Positions 1 through 8,960 of a stretch of 64,000 nt of DNA are shown piece after piece. Both the position numbers and the translations under genes were made by a program. Position 1 is the stretch's first letter. The number at the start of each line of letters is the position of its first letter. Source of the DNA: Candidatus Omnitrophota bacterium (lineage in GTDB: Bacteria > Omnitrophota > Gorgyraeia > Gygaellales > Profunditerraquicolaceae); the NCBI GenBank assembly GCA_041662125.1, contig JBAZTA010000006.1:5699-69698 (forward strand), in the 5' to 3' direction. The notes beneath the pieces were generated by a model. It made no database searches and was not told the DNA's origin. It saw nothing but the letters and a program-made list of their open reading frames with translations.

Positions 1-1458
1 TTCGCAACAAGCGCCTTTATTCGAGCCCCAGCATAAAAGGACGCGCGAGGCTTTTGGGTCTCCATAAACTTTCACCGTTTCATACGCCTTCAATTCTTCT
101 GCCAAATGAGTTTCTTTGCGCAGCCTTTTTGCCTGCATCAAAGAACTTATTCCCGCATCTTCAATGGTAATGCCTGATTCATCATGCTCATAACTATTAA
201 CCTTAATGACCGTTCCTTTCTCAGGCGCAAAAGCTAACGGAGAAACTCCGGTTTCTGAATTGAAGTATCGTTTATAGGGAAGATCCCTATCCCAGAGCGG
301 CAGCAGCTCTTTGAGAATAGGAGGAACCGATTGCATATCAAAACTAAACGCGCCTTCTGCCAAAGTTTTATCAACCAAAACAATCGCCGGTATCTGATAC
401 TTCCACGCCAGCTGCAAAGCAACCGCTGACCAGTAATATGCCTCTTCTGTATCTCCCGGAGCGGCTATAAAACGAGGGAACTCACCCTGGCCTGCATGTA
501 ACACAAAATTCAACTCAGTTTGCGAGGTATACGTCGGCAATCCCGTACTCGGGCCCGGCCTCTGGCCAACGACAATGACCACCGGTAGTTCAGCCATGCC
601 CGCCAGGCTTAAGCCTTCAGTCATCAAACAAAAGCCTCCTCCTGAAGTTGAAACAGCTGTCTTCTCACCCGTATACGCAAACCCAAGCGCCATAAGAATA
701 ACACTGATCTCACTTTCAGGATGGATCACCTTAATCCCTCCATCCTCTGCCAGAGAAGCTAGAAAATGCAAGATCCCCGATGTCGGGGTCATAGGATAAG
801 CAACAAAATTACGCAGGCCACCCTTTAAAAGGCCAAGGCCAACCGCTTCATTACCGGTAATAACAGGAACTTTCCTGGAAGAAAGCTCAGGAATTGTTAC
901 CTGCCTTTCTACCGCGCCAAAACCACGCAGCGCTACTTTAAGATTAAGATCGAATTCTTTATCGATTTTTTTCTTAAAAACATCTTCAAGGATCTCCCAG
1001 GGGATCCCGGCAGCTTTGCAGAAACCGCCGATGATACATGAATTACGCATGACTTCAGCGGCACCCTCTTCCTGTAATATACCCGCCACAGCAATACCCT
1101 GCCCGGATGATTGCGCAACAGAAGCATCATAGACAACACTTGCATTATTTTTCAATCTCCCCTTATGGAGATCAACGGTATCCTGGTTGAGCGCCAAAAG
1201 AAAATCTATTTGCTCATTATGACAGCAAATTTTGCGTTCAGAGGCCCTGATAAGCGAATACGTATGGCCGCCTCGTATGAGTGAAGGATACTCACGATAA
1301 ACATAAATATAATACCCCAGCCGGTTTAACAGCCCCGCGATAATAGAACCGGCTTTATCGATACCAAAACCGGCTTTCCCTCCGATAAGAATTGAGATAT
1401 CATTTCTTTTTAAAGGGATTTCCCTGTTTTCTTTTATTGGTTCTTGTATGTTTTGCAT
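1..1458 (-). CDS. 2-oxoacid:ferredoxin oxidoreductase alpha subunit with fused gamma-like domain; partial, C-terminal end lies beyond the window edge
   Basis: I translated the reverse strand myself from ATG at 1458..1456 and it is an open frame to position 1 (not in the ORF track because it leaves the window). N-terminus 'ILIGGKAGFGIDKAGSIIAGLL' is a PFOR gamma (Rossmann-like) domain. It is followed by 'ITGNEAVGLGLLKGGLRNFVAYPMTPTSGILHFL', a PFOR/KorA alpha-domain signature. About 486 aa are visible. Confidence 0.75.
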   Translation of the reverse strand, partial: MQNIQEPIKENREIPLKRNDISILIGGKAGFGIDKAGSIIAGLLNRLGYYIYVYREYPSLIRGGHTYSLIRASERKICCHNEQIDFLLALNQDTVDLHKGRLKNNASVVYDASVAQSSGQGIAVAGILQEEGAAEVMRNSCIIGGFCKAAGIPWEILEDVFKKKIDKEFDLNLKVALRGFGAVERQVTIPELSSRKVPVITGNEAVGLGLLKGGLRNFVAYPMTPTSGILHFLASLAEDGGIKVIHPESEISVILMALGFAYTGEKTAVSTSGGGFCLMTEGLSLAGMAELPVVIVVGQRPGPSTGLPTYTSQTELNFVLHAGQGEFPRFIAAPGDTEEAYYWSAVALQLAWKYQIPAIVLVDKTLAEGAFSFDMQSVPPILKELLPLWDRDLPYKRYFNSETGVSPLAFAPEKGTVIKVNSYEHDESGITIEDAGISSLMQAKRLRKETHLAEELKAYETVKVYGDPKASRVLLCWGSNKGACCE

Positions 1459-1515
1459 AATTTAGCTTTTATTACCGTAAAACTAGTAACTACGATCCCC
1501 TCCCTCTTAACAAAT

Positions 1516-2148
1516 TTATCTGAAAAAACCAAAAATTAAAGCAATAAACCCGAAAATAAGATTTTCCATAAAGGAAATAACAGGATTCAAAAGGCGAGTA
1601 AAAAGCAGGAAAATTAATATAAAAAAACCATAGGGTTCAATTCTCGCGAGATTTTCTTGAGCTCGCTGGGGAAGAAAACTCATCAAGATCTTTGAACCGT
1701 CAAGCGGAGGTATCGGGATCAAATTAAAAGCGCCTAAGATAATATTAATCCTGACCACAACCGGCAATAACGTTGATAAAACAAGGTTCGTGCGAGGGCC
1801 TTCAAACTGTAATAAGATGAGCGCGGTCACCGCAATGAGTATATTTGCCGCGCACCCTGCCAATGACACGCTAAAAAGTGCTACGCGGGAATGTTTCAGC
1901 CGATAATAATCAACCGGCACCGGTTTTGCCCATCCAAAACCCACTAAAAAAAGCATCAAAGCTCCCATAGGATCAATATGTGATATCGGATTCAATGTTA
2001 ATCTGCCGTATCGCTTGGCAGTGTCATCGCCAAAAAGATATGCTACAGCTCCATGCGCGACTTCATGCGCGATAATAGAATAGAGCAATAACACGGCAAG
2101 AATAAGAAATAAAACCGGATTACTAAAAAACAATGATATTAACCCCAT
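1516..2148 (-). CDS. site-2 protease family (M50) membrane zinc metalloprotease
   Basis: 210 aa, multi-TM, HExxH motif 'HEVAHG', and a C-terminal 'LIPIPPLDG' typical of the S2P/M50 family. Confidence 0.8.
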   Translation of the reverse strand: MGLISLFFSNPVLFLILAVLLLYSIIAHEVAHGAVAYLFGDDTAKRYGRLTLNPISHIDPMGALMLFLVGFGWAKPVPVDYYRLKHSRVALFSVSLAGCAANILIAVTALILLQFEGPRTNLVLSTLLPVVVRINIILGAFNLIPIPPLDGSKILMSFLPQRAQENLARIEPYGFFILIFLLFTRLLNPVISFMENLIFGFIALIFGFFR

Positions 2149-2223
2149 ACCGTATACTCCTTTTATACTTACCTTTATTATACCTTAGATTTCAACATTG
2201 TTAACAAACTTTTACATCACGAT

Positions 2224-2447
2224 GGGTGTGTCGCTTTCTGCGGCGTGTGCTGCTTTCTGACCAGAAAGGGCGCACCCAGCAATCCTATATGCTGGGGTGC
2301 TGACTTACACCCCGCGCTGATTGGAAATTGCGCGGGTGTGCTGCTTTCTGCGTTACACCCGGCGCTATGTGGAAGTTGCGCCGGTGTTCCGCTTTCTGCT
2401 CAACACCCCACGCTAATTGGTATTGCGTGGGTGTGTGTCTTTCTGAC
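2224..2447. repeat. tandem array of GC-rich hairpin (REP/BIME-like) repeat units with a 48-bp period
   Basis: Units at 2305..2352, 2353..2400 and 2401..2447, with degenerate copies from 2224. Each unit is hairpin 'CACCCnGCGC-11/12nt-GCGCnGGTGTG' plus a 'GCTTTCTG' box. Units are about 81% identical, and stem mismatches are compensatory (C/G changed to G/C or to A/T on both arms). Confidence 0.7.
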
Positions 2448-2483
2448 ACAAAAAAGCCCGGAACACTGTTACATGTTCCGGGC
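2447..2483 (-). terminator. Rho-independent terminator of cspA-1
   Basis: The minus strand reads GCCCGGAACA-tgtaacag-TGTTCCGGGC (10-bp stem) followed by TTTTTTG, 18 nt after the csp stop. Confidence 0.6.
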
Positions 2484-2500
2484 AATATTTTGGATTAAGA

Positions 2501-2701
2501 TTATATTTTGACTACGTTTGTAGCCTGCTCGCCTTTAGGGCCTTTCTCGATTTGAAACTCGACTTGAGCACCCTCATCTAAAGACTTGTAACCTTCACCC
2601 TGAATTGCGCTGTGATGTACGAATACATCGCTGCCATTCTCAGGAGTGATAAATCCATAACCTTTTTGGTTATTGAACCATTTCACTATACCTTTTGCCA
2701 T
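2501..2701 (-). CDS. cspA: cold shock protein, CspA family
   Basis: 66 aa '[33 protein letters not shown]...' with the canonical CSD RNP1/RNP2 motifs. A strong SD (GGAGGAGAGGAGG) lies upstream. Confidence 0.95.
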   Translation of the reverse strand: MAKGIVKWFNNQKGYGFITPENGSDVFVHHSAIQGEGYKSLDEGAQVEFQIEKGPKGEQATNVVKI

Positions 2702-2749
2702 TATTTACTACCTCCTCTCCTCCTAAAATTATAGTAAATAATGACAGAA

Positions 2750-2810
2750 TTAAAAAAAAACGCAAGGTTAGTACTCTAATCCTTGCGGCTTAAGACTTCT
2801 AATCTGTTAT
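2750..2810 (-). promoter_or_regulatory. csp 5'UTR element: conserved box plus hairpin (cold-box-like)
   Basis: On the sense (minus) strand: 'AGATTAGAAGTCTTAAGCCG' followed by hairpin CGCAAGG-attagagtactaa-CCTTGCG. A near-identical box and a covarying hairpin occur in the cspA-3 5'UTR at 40505..40560. Confidence 0.4.
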
Positions 2811-2824
2811 TTACTACAGAACTA

Positions 2825-2852
2825 AGTATACCCTATTTTCACGTTTTGTCAA
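2825..2852 (-). promoter_or_regulatory. sigma70-type promoter of cspA-1
   Basis: Minus strand TTGACA-16nt-TATACT. The predicted TSS gives a 5'UTR of about 115 nt, typical for csp genes. Confidence 0.5.
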
Positions 2853-2923
2853 TATAAATCTTTTATTTTTTTTCACTTTAATCTCATAGTATCAGGAACG
2901 CTTCCTAAAGGAACATGCGCCTG

Positions 2924-3496
2924 TCAGCGTTTTCCTACAGAGAAAGCTTCAGCCAAATACTTACCTGTCCCATAATAAGTGCGAGTTGCCGGATTAAAAC
3001 TAAATGGTTTTATTTTCCCAATATCAGGAACAACGCCTTTTTCCAGCATATCTTCATCAACCTTGATATCCTTGATTTCTCCGATAAATTGCGTATGCAA
3101 TCCGATCTTAATTGTATTAATAAGCTGGCATTCCAGATTAAGGGAGAATTCTTTAATGTAGGGAGCGTCAACAATATCGCTCTTACAGGCAGTCAATCCG
3201 GTGACAGCGAATTTATCTTCATTCTTGCCAGAAACAATTCCAAAATAGTCTGCTTCTTTAATATGTTTTTCTGAGGGGATATTAATAGTAAATGCCTTGC
3301 GTTCCATGATATTACCGTAGGTAGTGGTGGCTTCCCGCAGAGAGATAGCGATACAGGGCGGAACTGAACAACATATACCGCCCCAGGCAACGGCCGTAGC
3401 GTTGGGCTTAGAGGATTTATTATAGGTTGCGACAATATAAACCGGGGTTGGAAAAACAATTGTTTTAGCTCCAATGGATTTCTTCATAAAAACCAC
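2924..3496 (-). CDS. flavin reductase-like FMN-binding domain protein
   Basis: 190 aa. Length and composition ('[20 protein letters not shown]...') fit the split-barrel flavin reductase-like family. By-eye call only. Confidence 0.5.
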   Translation of the reverse strand: MVFMKKSIGAKTIVFPTPVYIVATYNKSSKPNATAVAWGGICCSVPPCIAISLREATTTYGNIMERKAFTINIPSEKHIKEADYFGIVSGKNEDKFAVTGLTACKSDIVDAPYIKEFSLNLECQLINTIKIGLHTQFIGEIKDIKVDEDMLEKGVVPDIGKIKPFSFNPATRTYYGTGKYLAEAFSVGKR

Positions 3497-3504
3497 CTAC
3501 CTTA

Positions 3505-3921
3505 CTATAAATATTTCTGAATTGCTGTTAAGATCTTCGAAGAAGCTTCTTTATCGCCCTTAACTGCGCCCACGCGCACATCGATCTGGGAAGTAGTATC
3601 GCTTATCCGGCGAATATCAATCCAGATCGTCTTACCATCGCTATATTTACTGAGGAGCTGGGCAATATTTTCCTGTTTTGTCTCTTTTGTAACCTCAAAG
3701 TTCATTGATTGAAGAGCTAACAGAGAAGCTTTAATCGCCTTATCGAACGGGGCGTTAACTTCCTGAGACAACTTTTCAGAAAGCCAGGCAGCAGTGCCTG
3801 CTCCACCAGCAGCGCCGGCTAATAAAGCGACACAACCGTACACATTCACTAAAATAAGAATCGCGCATACTACCCCTACCAATCGCTTAAATACAACCAA
3901 TCTAGTTACATTGCCACTCAT
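3505..3921 (-). CDS. small membrane-anchored protein (possibly DUF3568-like)
   Basis: Start trimmed to the ATG at 3921 because a strong SD (GGGAGGT) lies 5 nt upstream; the longer ORF-track start runs into a repeat element. N-terminal TM, then a soluble domain 'FDKAIKASLLALQSMNFEVTKETK...'. Confidence 0.4.
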   Translation of the reverse strand: MSGNVTRLVVFKRLVGVVCAILILVNVYGCVALLAGAAGGAGTAAWLSEKLSQEVNAPFDKAIKASLLALQSMNFEVTKETKQENIAQLLSKYSDGKTIWIDIRRISDTTSQIDVRVGAVKGDKEASSKILTAIQKYL

Positions 3922-3937
3922 AAATACCTCCCTACCG

Positions 3938-4012
3938 CAGAAAGCGGCATACTTGGCTATCTTGCGTAGAAAACGCACACCCAGCAATCCGATATGCTGG
4001 GATGCGATAAGC
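3938..4012. repeat. REP-like hairpin repeat unit, in the opposite orientation to the 2305..2447 array
   Basis: 'CCGCAGAAAGCGGCATAC...CGCACACCCAGCAATCCGATATGCTGGGATGCG'. On the minus strand the GCCGCTTTCTGCGG hairpin directly abuts the SD of the 3505..3921 gene. Confidence 0.6.
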
Positions 4013-4104
4013 CAAGGTGAAATATGCCCGGGTGTAATTATTACTATTATAATAGAAAATGGCGAATATTCAAGTTCTTAAACAAGAAGTTACACGGTTT
4101 TAAG

Positions 4105-4222
4105 ACACTTAACACCCCCGCGCTAATCGGTATTGCGCGGGGTGTGCGGCTTTCTGCCTTACACCCGGCTTTATTGGAAAGACGCCGGTGTGCGGCTTTC
4201 TGCCGCAAGACCGGGTCTTGTT
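4105..4222. repeat. two REP-like units plus an AAGACCGGGTCTT hairpin
   Basis: Units 4109..4158 and 4159..4206 (CACCCCCGCGC-taatcggtatt-GCGCGGGGTGTG CGGCTTTCTGCC), inverted relative to 3938..4012. The AAGACCGGGTCTT motif also occurs at 18179 and 18216. Confidence 0.6.
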
Positions 4223-4225
4223 CGA

Positions 4226-4633
4226 TTATTTTAACCTGAGTTCGGAATTTGTGGCGCCGTCGTTTAAAATAACCATATCTTTTTGAATCTCAACGACGGT
4301 ATTACCCCCCACTCTTTCTCCAATACCGACAACAACGTCATCGATTATTGCCCGCGGAGATTTTTCATCCCAGATTATCCCGGTCAAGCCCGATAAGCCA
4401 CCGCTATTGAAAGAAAAAATGTTTCTCTTAAAAGAAGAAAAGCCCGTTTTCTTTGCGCGCCGATCCACCGGAGACATCAATTTCTCTAATCGGGCATTCT
4501 GCGCAAAATAACTACCTTCTGGTGTTAAAGAAATACCGCCCTTTCCTTTTACGGGTACGCTAATCCCACGCATTAAGCTTAAAATACCAGCAGCTCCTAA
4601 AATAATTAAAATTATAATTTTTTTGTCCTTCAT
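4226..4633 (-). CDS. PilP-like periplasmic pilus assembly protein with N-terminal TM anchor
   Basis: 135 aa, TM 'IIILIILGAAGILSL', C-terminal beta-rich 'GIIWDEKSPRAIIDDVVVGIGERVGGNTVVEIQKDMVILNDG' resembling the PilP/GspC fold. Sits directly downstream of pilO. Confidence 0.4.
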   Translation of the reverse strand: MKDKKIIILIILGAAGILSLMRGISVPVKGKGGISLTPEGSYFAQNARLEKLMSPVDRRAKKTGFSSFKRNIFSFNSGGLSGLTGIIWDEKSPRAIIDDVVVGIGERVGGNTVVEIQKDMVILNDGATNSELRLK

Positions 4634-4641
4634 TTTATTAT

Positions 4642-5163
4642 TTACCTGCCTCCCAAAAGATATATATCTAAGACCATATCTACTTTTAGTTTCTTTTCAT
4701 TTTCTATATTTAAGGCTGCCTCAAAACTCTTAACCTTTATTACGCTTCTTTTTAAATTTGCCAGCGTACCAATAAAAGACGCGAATTTCTGCTCAGGCGC
4801 GCTCATAGTTATCTCCAGCGGCAATATCTTGTAAAGCAACTCTTTCTCGCTTATTATTTCCCCGGGCTTTATGGAAATGAAATTGATCCCCCTCAATTTT
4901 CCGTGTTGTGTCAATTCAGCGATCGCAAGCGACACCTCATCTTCCGTAATAATCGCCCTATCTTCTAGCGTCATATCGGTTTGTTCTATGGCGTAACGCG
5001 CACCTTTTAAATACTTCTCCACGGCTTTATATTCCAAACAGCTTACCTTAAGCTTTTTTATTAACGGCGCATAAAGGGAAATATGTATCACAATTACAAT
5101 CAATGCGATTGCGATCGATATACCTAAAGCCATTTTTCTCTGTATGAATTCAAATTTATTCAT
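4642..5163 (-). CDS. pilO: type IV pilus assembly protein PilO-like
   Basis: 173 aa, single N-terminal TM then coiled-coil then a ferredoxin-like domain, positioned after the PilM-N gene. Confidence 0.55.
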   Translation of the reverse strand: MNKFEFIQRKMALGISIAIALIVIVIHISLYAPLIKKLKVSCLEYKAVEKYLKGARYAIEQTDMTLEDRAIITEDEVSLAIAELTQHGKLRGINFISIKPGEIISEKELLYKILPLEITMSAPEQKFASFIGTLANLKRSVIKVKSFEAALNIENEKKLKVDMVLDIYLLGGR

Positions 5164-5167
5164 TGTA

Positions 5168-6697
5168 TTAATCGATTTTGCATTTTAATTCAAATTCAAT
5201 GCCACCGTTGTCTCCCTTATTCTTGCTCTCGACCAATTTCACATTACTAAACAACCCTTTTTCTAACGCGAGTATAAAATGGGCAAGTATTTGCTCACCG
5301 TCCTGAGCTACAACAGCCCCTTCCATAGTAATTAAATTATCATTCATTTTAAGATGCGTGATATACGCTTTATCAGGGATCAGGTTTGAAAGTTCGATAA
5401 AAACGTCTTCCCATCGGGGCTCCTCAACCAATATCGCGGATGCGAAGTTCTGCGCTTCTACTTGCTTTAACTGCGGCTGTAAGCTGGAAAGCTCCAGCTT
5501 CGCAACAGAAATCCCTTTCTCGAAATTAGCCAGCTGTATTTTCATACCTATATAGGTGAGGATAAAAATAAGAGCAGCCGTTATTGCGATACTTTCGATG
5601 GTTATCCTCTTAAGCATTCTCCCTGCCTCTTCTTTCATTACAACAGGAAGAAGATTAAGCCCTTTTCCTTCACTTAAAGCCGCACCTATTGATAGCGAAA
5701 ACCGATGCGCATCCTTGCCTCTTTGGCCTATCGCCTCTTGTGCGTCCTTTAAGCCTGTTAACGGATCTCCCAGCCTGACTTCTACGCCTAATCGTTGGGC
5801 CAAGTATTTTATAATATCCCCCAACAAAGCGCCCTCTCCGGAGACAATAACCGAGTCGATCTTGCGCCCCACACCTTCTTCTTTATAATAATCAAAACTT
5901 TTTTCTATTTCGACTGCCAATCGCTCCAAAGGAATACGCGCCATAGAAAGAATCTGCATTGAGGAAATTTCATCACTCCTTTCAGGAGATAAAGTACTCG
6001 TCAAAACTTTAGTAAAATCATATTCTTTGACAGGTATCTTACGATTAAATACAAAATCCTTTCCTTTGCAGACGATTAATTCCGTATCAAATTCTCCTAT
6101 ATCAACAAAACATTGGGTTTCCCCTTCCTTAAAGTAGAGACACTCTGCCAATTTCTGCAATGCGTAAGAAAAAGGAACAAAACAAGACGATTTTACGCCT
6201 GCCTTTTCCAGCAAGGATAAATATTTATTGACTGTTTGCTCGGGGCTTACTGCGACTATTAATTCGTATTTCTTGATGCCGTTCTCAATAATCTCTCCTA
6301 ATATCTCAAAATCGAAAATAAACTGGTCTATCGAGAACGGAAAATAGTTTTTCGATTCTAATTTTACACCTTCACACAGTTCCGCCTTGGGCATGTAAGG
6401 CGCTGTTACTTTTCTTAGTACGGTTTGAGCACAATTAATGCTCACTATGATTTTGGCTTTATGTATATCAATACCTCTTAATAATACCTTTAAAGCCCCT
6501 ATCATTTCCTGCTCATTGACGCCAGCATCCCCGCCAGCCTGTTGAAACTCTTTTAAATCAATCCTAAGCAGATGCAGTCCGTCATCCTTCTTTACGAACT
6601 GCGAAACCTTGATCGCAGAAGAACTGATATCCAGGCCGACAATTAAATCTTTTCTGAATATTCCCATTAAATCCATTTTCTCTACACCTTTAAGCAT
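5168..6697 (-). CDS. pilM: PilM (actin-like ATPase fold) fused to PilN
   Basis: 509 aa. N-terminus 'IVGLDISSSAIKV' is PilM-like. A 'GLNLLPVVMKEEAGR' (PilN INLLP-type motif) plus a TM helix follows at about aa 350. The SD-supported start may be the internal ATG at 6676 (MDLMG...). Confidence 0.75.
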   Translation of the reverse strand: MLKGVEKMDLMGIFRKDLIVGLDISSSAIKVSQFVKKDDGLHLLRIDLKEFQQAGGDAGVNEQEMIGALKVLLRGIDIHKAKIIVSINCAQTVLRKVTAPYMPKAELCEGVKLESKNYFPFSIDQFIFDFEILGEIIENGIKKYELIVAVSPEQTVNKYLSLLEKAGVKSSCFVPFSYALQKLAECLYFKEGETQCFVDIGEFDTELIVCKGKDFVFNRKIPVKEYDFTKVLTSTLSPERSDEISSMQILSMARIPLERLAVEIEKSFDYYKEEGVGRKIDSVIVSGEGALLGDIIKYLAQRLGVEVRLGDPLTGLKDAQEAIGQRGKDAHRFSLSIGAALSEGKGLNLLPVVMKEEAGRMLKRITIESIAITAALIFILTYIGMKIQLANFEKGISVAKLELSSLQPQLKQVEAQNFASAILVEEPRWEDVFIELSNLIPDKAYITHLKMNDNLITMEGAVVAQDGEQILAHFILALEKGLFSNVKLVESKNKGDNGGIEFELKCKID

Positions 6698-6703
6698 AAC
6701 CGG

Positions 6704-7546
6704 TTAAATAGCCGGAACTATCTCGTTCCAATCTATCTGGTTGTATGCCGTTGGGGCCCCATCAGCTACAACTACCAGCCCGTCATGAATTGCCATGGTC
6801 CGTTCAATCTTTCTATTCATCACGCTCACTGTTCCTGTTGAGGTTATTTTTGCTCCTATAGCCTCTAAAGTCGCAATTATGACACCAGCGTTCGCGCTAA
6901 TCCTGGTAACTCTCAAACGAAGGTATTTAACATTAGATACAGCCGTAAATTCATGAGTCACATCATTTACGTTATTATTAGTTTTCGTAACCACCGTCGT
7001 ATACGTTACATTATCAGGAGAAACTTGCCACGTATAGTCCACAGGCCTGCGTGATGCAGAGGCCGTTGGCACTATAAAACGAACTTTATTTATCGTCAAT
7101 TTATATGGGAAAGTAACGGTAATGTATTGCGGTGTCCCCACTGACGGCCTTGCCGAAGATTGCCAATACGTCGTAGCTGAATTGTCTATAGCAAGGCCCG
7201 CCGCATGGCTTGCCGCGCTTGAAGAAGCCGTAACTGTTGCATTGTGAGATGCCAGGCTCCAGTCCCATCGTTCGACTTTCAAGGTATAACTTCCGGCGCC
7301 TAAGTTTTCTGTGGTAGCAGAAGTTACCCAATTTTCACCCTTGCCGCCTGATGCAACAGGAGTCTTAAGATTCCATACAGCCTTTTGAATTCCGGCTTCA
7401 GCAAGCCATAATGCCCGGGAACTGGCTATGCCATATCCTGACCCTTTGGTCTGAACAGATGTCATATACAAAAAAGATGCTGTAATAACAGTTAACGTTA
7501 TCATAATGATAAATGTAAGTATAAGTACCATGCCTTTTCTATTCAC
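6704..7546 (-). CDS. PilX-N-like minor pilin fused to a discoidin (F5/8 type C) carbohydrate-binding-type domain
   Basis: 280 aa. The N-terminal hydrophobic segment plus 'SSRALWLAEAGIQKAVWNL' matches the PilX_N pattern. The central 'ATTYWQSSARPSVGTPQYITVTFPYKLTINKVRF' is a classic discoidin-domain signature. Confidence 0.6.
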   Translation of the reverse strand: MNRKGMVLILTFIIMITLTVITASFLYMTSVQTKGSGYGIASSRALWLAEAGIQKAVWNLKTPVASGGKGENWVTSATTENLGAGSYTLKVERWDWSLASHNATVTASSSAASHAAGLAIDNSATTYWQSSARPSVGTPQYITVTFPYKLTINKVRFIVPTASASRRPVDYTWQVSPDNVTYTTVVTKTNNNVNDVTHEFTAVSNVKYLRLRVTRISANAGVIIATLEAIGAKITSTGTVSVMNRKIERTMAIHDGLVVVADGAPTAYNQIDWNEIVPAI

Positions 7547-8064
7547 AGATTCCTTGGCCTAATTGCTGTCCTTGAGCGTATCGTTTCATCGTTCCTCTTC
7601 AGGCTTAAATCGATAGTAATCAACGTGCCGCTTAGTGATAAGTCTGAAGTGGATGGGGGCAGTATATCAATCATTTTAACATCCCCCGAACCATAGGTAA
7701 ACGTCCCACTGATGCCTCCGGTAAGTGAAGCTTTGCGCAACTGATAAGCACTTTTATTAAATGCAGAGGGATACGAATCAGCTGCATTATAAAGATAATA
7801 AATATAATAACCAACCTGGTCAGACGAGAACCGTATCTCATCATTTGAACATTGGATCGCCCGTGCATCCCGTAAATCCCGGACTACCTCTTCAACGCCC
7901 CTGTCAATGTTTATATCAATGCCCGCCCTCGTTTCCTGACTTGACCAGCTCAATAATATTACCCTGAGCACAGAAACAAGGACCGAAGTCAAAATAACAA
8001 GCATTGCAATCGTGATCATAAGTTCTATTAATGTCAGCCCGCCTCTGCTTGTTCGCATTATCAT
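7543..8064 (-). CDS. minor pilin with prepilin-type N-terminal cleavage/methylation domain
   Basis: 173 aa with 'RGGLTLIELMITIAMLVILTS' class-III signal. Translationally coupled (TAATG) to the upstream pilin gene. Confidence 0.7.
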   Translation of the reverse strand: MIMRTSRGGLTLIELMITIAMLVILTSVLVSVLRVILLSWSSQETRAGIDINIDRGVEEVVRDLRDARAIQCSNDEIRFSSDQVGYYIYYLYNAADSYPSAFNKSAYQLRKASLTGGISGTFTYGSGDVKMIDILPPSTSDLSLSGTLITIDLSLKRNDETIRSRTAIRPRNL

Positions 8065-8438
8065 TAGTAATTTGCTACAAGAGTCATTACGCTTACGTTA
8101 GTCTGTCCGCCTTTAGTATCCCAGGAGACGGTTACATCTACTTGTTTAAGATTCGTCTGAGGGACGGTTACTGCTACTTGCCTTTGAAACGCAGAAAATC
8201 CCGATACCGCAGACTTAACTTCACTGGCAACATTCGCATACGTTTTATTTTTAATGTCTTCCATCTTCTCCTGAGCAAGGTTCAGGGCTAATTCCACACT
8301 CTCAAAATCACCAGAGGTAAATATCCCTGAACTAAACGCTCCCACGATCGATAGCACGCCCACGGTAAGAAGAAGAGTTGCAATAAGCACTTCTAAAAGT
8401 GTAAATCCATTCTTTCTACGCTTCATGGAATATTTCAC
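8064..8438 (-). CDS. minor pilin/pseudopilin (PilV/GspI-like)
   Basis: 124 aa with 'KNGFTLLEVLIATLLLTVGVLS'. Confidence 0.7.
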   Translation of the reverse strand: MKYSMKRRKNGFTLLEVLIATLLLTVGVLSIVGAFSSGIFTSGDFESVELALNLAQEKMEDIKNKTYANVASEVKSAVSGFSAFQRQVAVTVPQTNLKQVDVTVSWDTKGGQTNVSVMTLVANY

Positions 8439-8487
8439 TTATTGTTGCCGTTAACGCCACAGCAGTAATACTATACTAAACGAAGCT

Positions 8488-8946
8488 TTATGGTTGCGTA
8501 TCTTTCGTAGTACCGTTAGTAACATAAATACAGCTTGAGCCGTTAGTTTCGGTAATAACTCCCGCCGTTGATACTGCGGCGCTTCCATTAGCACCGACAC
8601 CAACAGAATAAATAGCATAATACTTAACCGGAGTTGCGCCATCAGTTGCATACCCATACTGAGTTGAACTGCTGAAAGGATCAGTCAACGCGCTACCAAT
8701 AATATTAGGAGCAGCAGCGGTAAGGGCAGTTTGCCAGGTAGCTCCGGAAGCCGGATAGGCATTATTATTATGGATATAGTAACTCTCAACAGCAGATTGA
8801 AGTGTCCTTAACTCACCCTTTGCCTGAGCAATCCTGCCTTCATCTTGCATGCCCCTGAAACGAGGCAAAGCAATACCAACCAAAATAGAAATTACGGCAA
8901 TTACGATTAAAAGCTCCATGATAGTAAAACCTTTTCTTTGCAACAT
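8488..8946 (-). CDS. pilA: type IV major pilin (PilA-like)
   Basis: 152 aa with 'QRKGFTIMELLIVIAVISILVGIALPRF' and the E+5 residue. Ser/Thr/Gly-rich C-terminus. Confidence 0.7.
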   Translation of the reverse strand: MLQRKGFTIMELLIVIAVISILVGIALPRFRGMQDEGRIAQAKGELRTLQSAVESYYIHNNNAYPASGATWQTALTAAAPNIIGSALTDPFSSSTQYGYATDGATPVKYYAIYSVGVGANGSAAVSTAGVITETNGSSCIYVTNGTTKDTQP

Positions 8947-8960
8947 TTTACCCTCCCTGT

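Noticed and set aside
2224-2447. Possible CRISPR array, suggested by the regularly spaced repeats
   Set aside because: The repeat units abut one another with no unique spacers. They are only about 80% identical, each is itself a hairpin, and the same motif family is dispersed singly elsewhere in both orientations. This is REP/BIME-like behaviour, not CRISPR, and no cas genes are present in the window.
2245-2511. ORF-track entries 2245..2511 (+) and 2285..2485 (-) in the csp-1 downstream region
   Set aside because: They are translations of the tandem GC-rich repeats (repetitive peptide GIAWV/ALIGNCAGV...). They have no SD and lie entirely within the repeat array and terminator.
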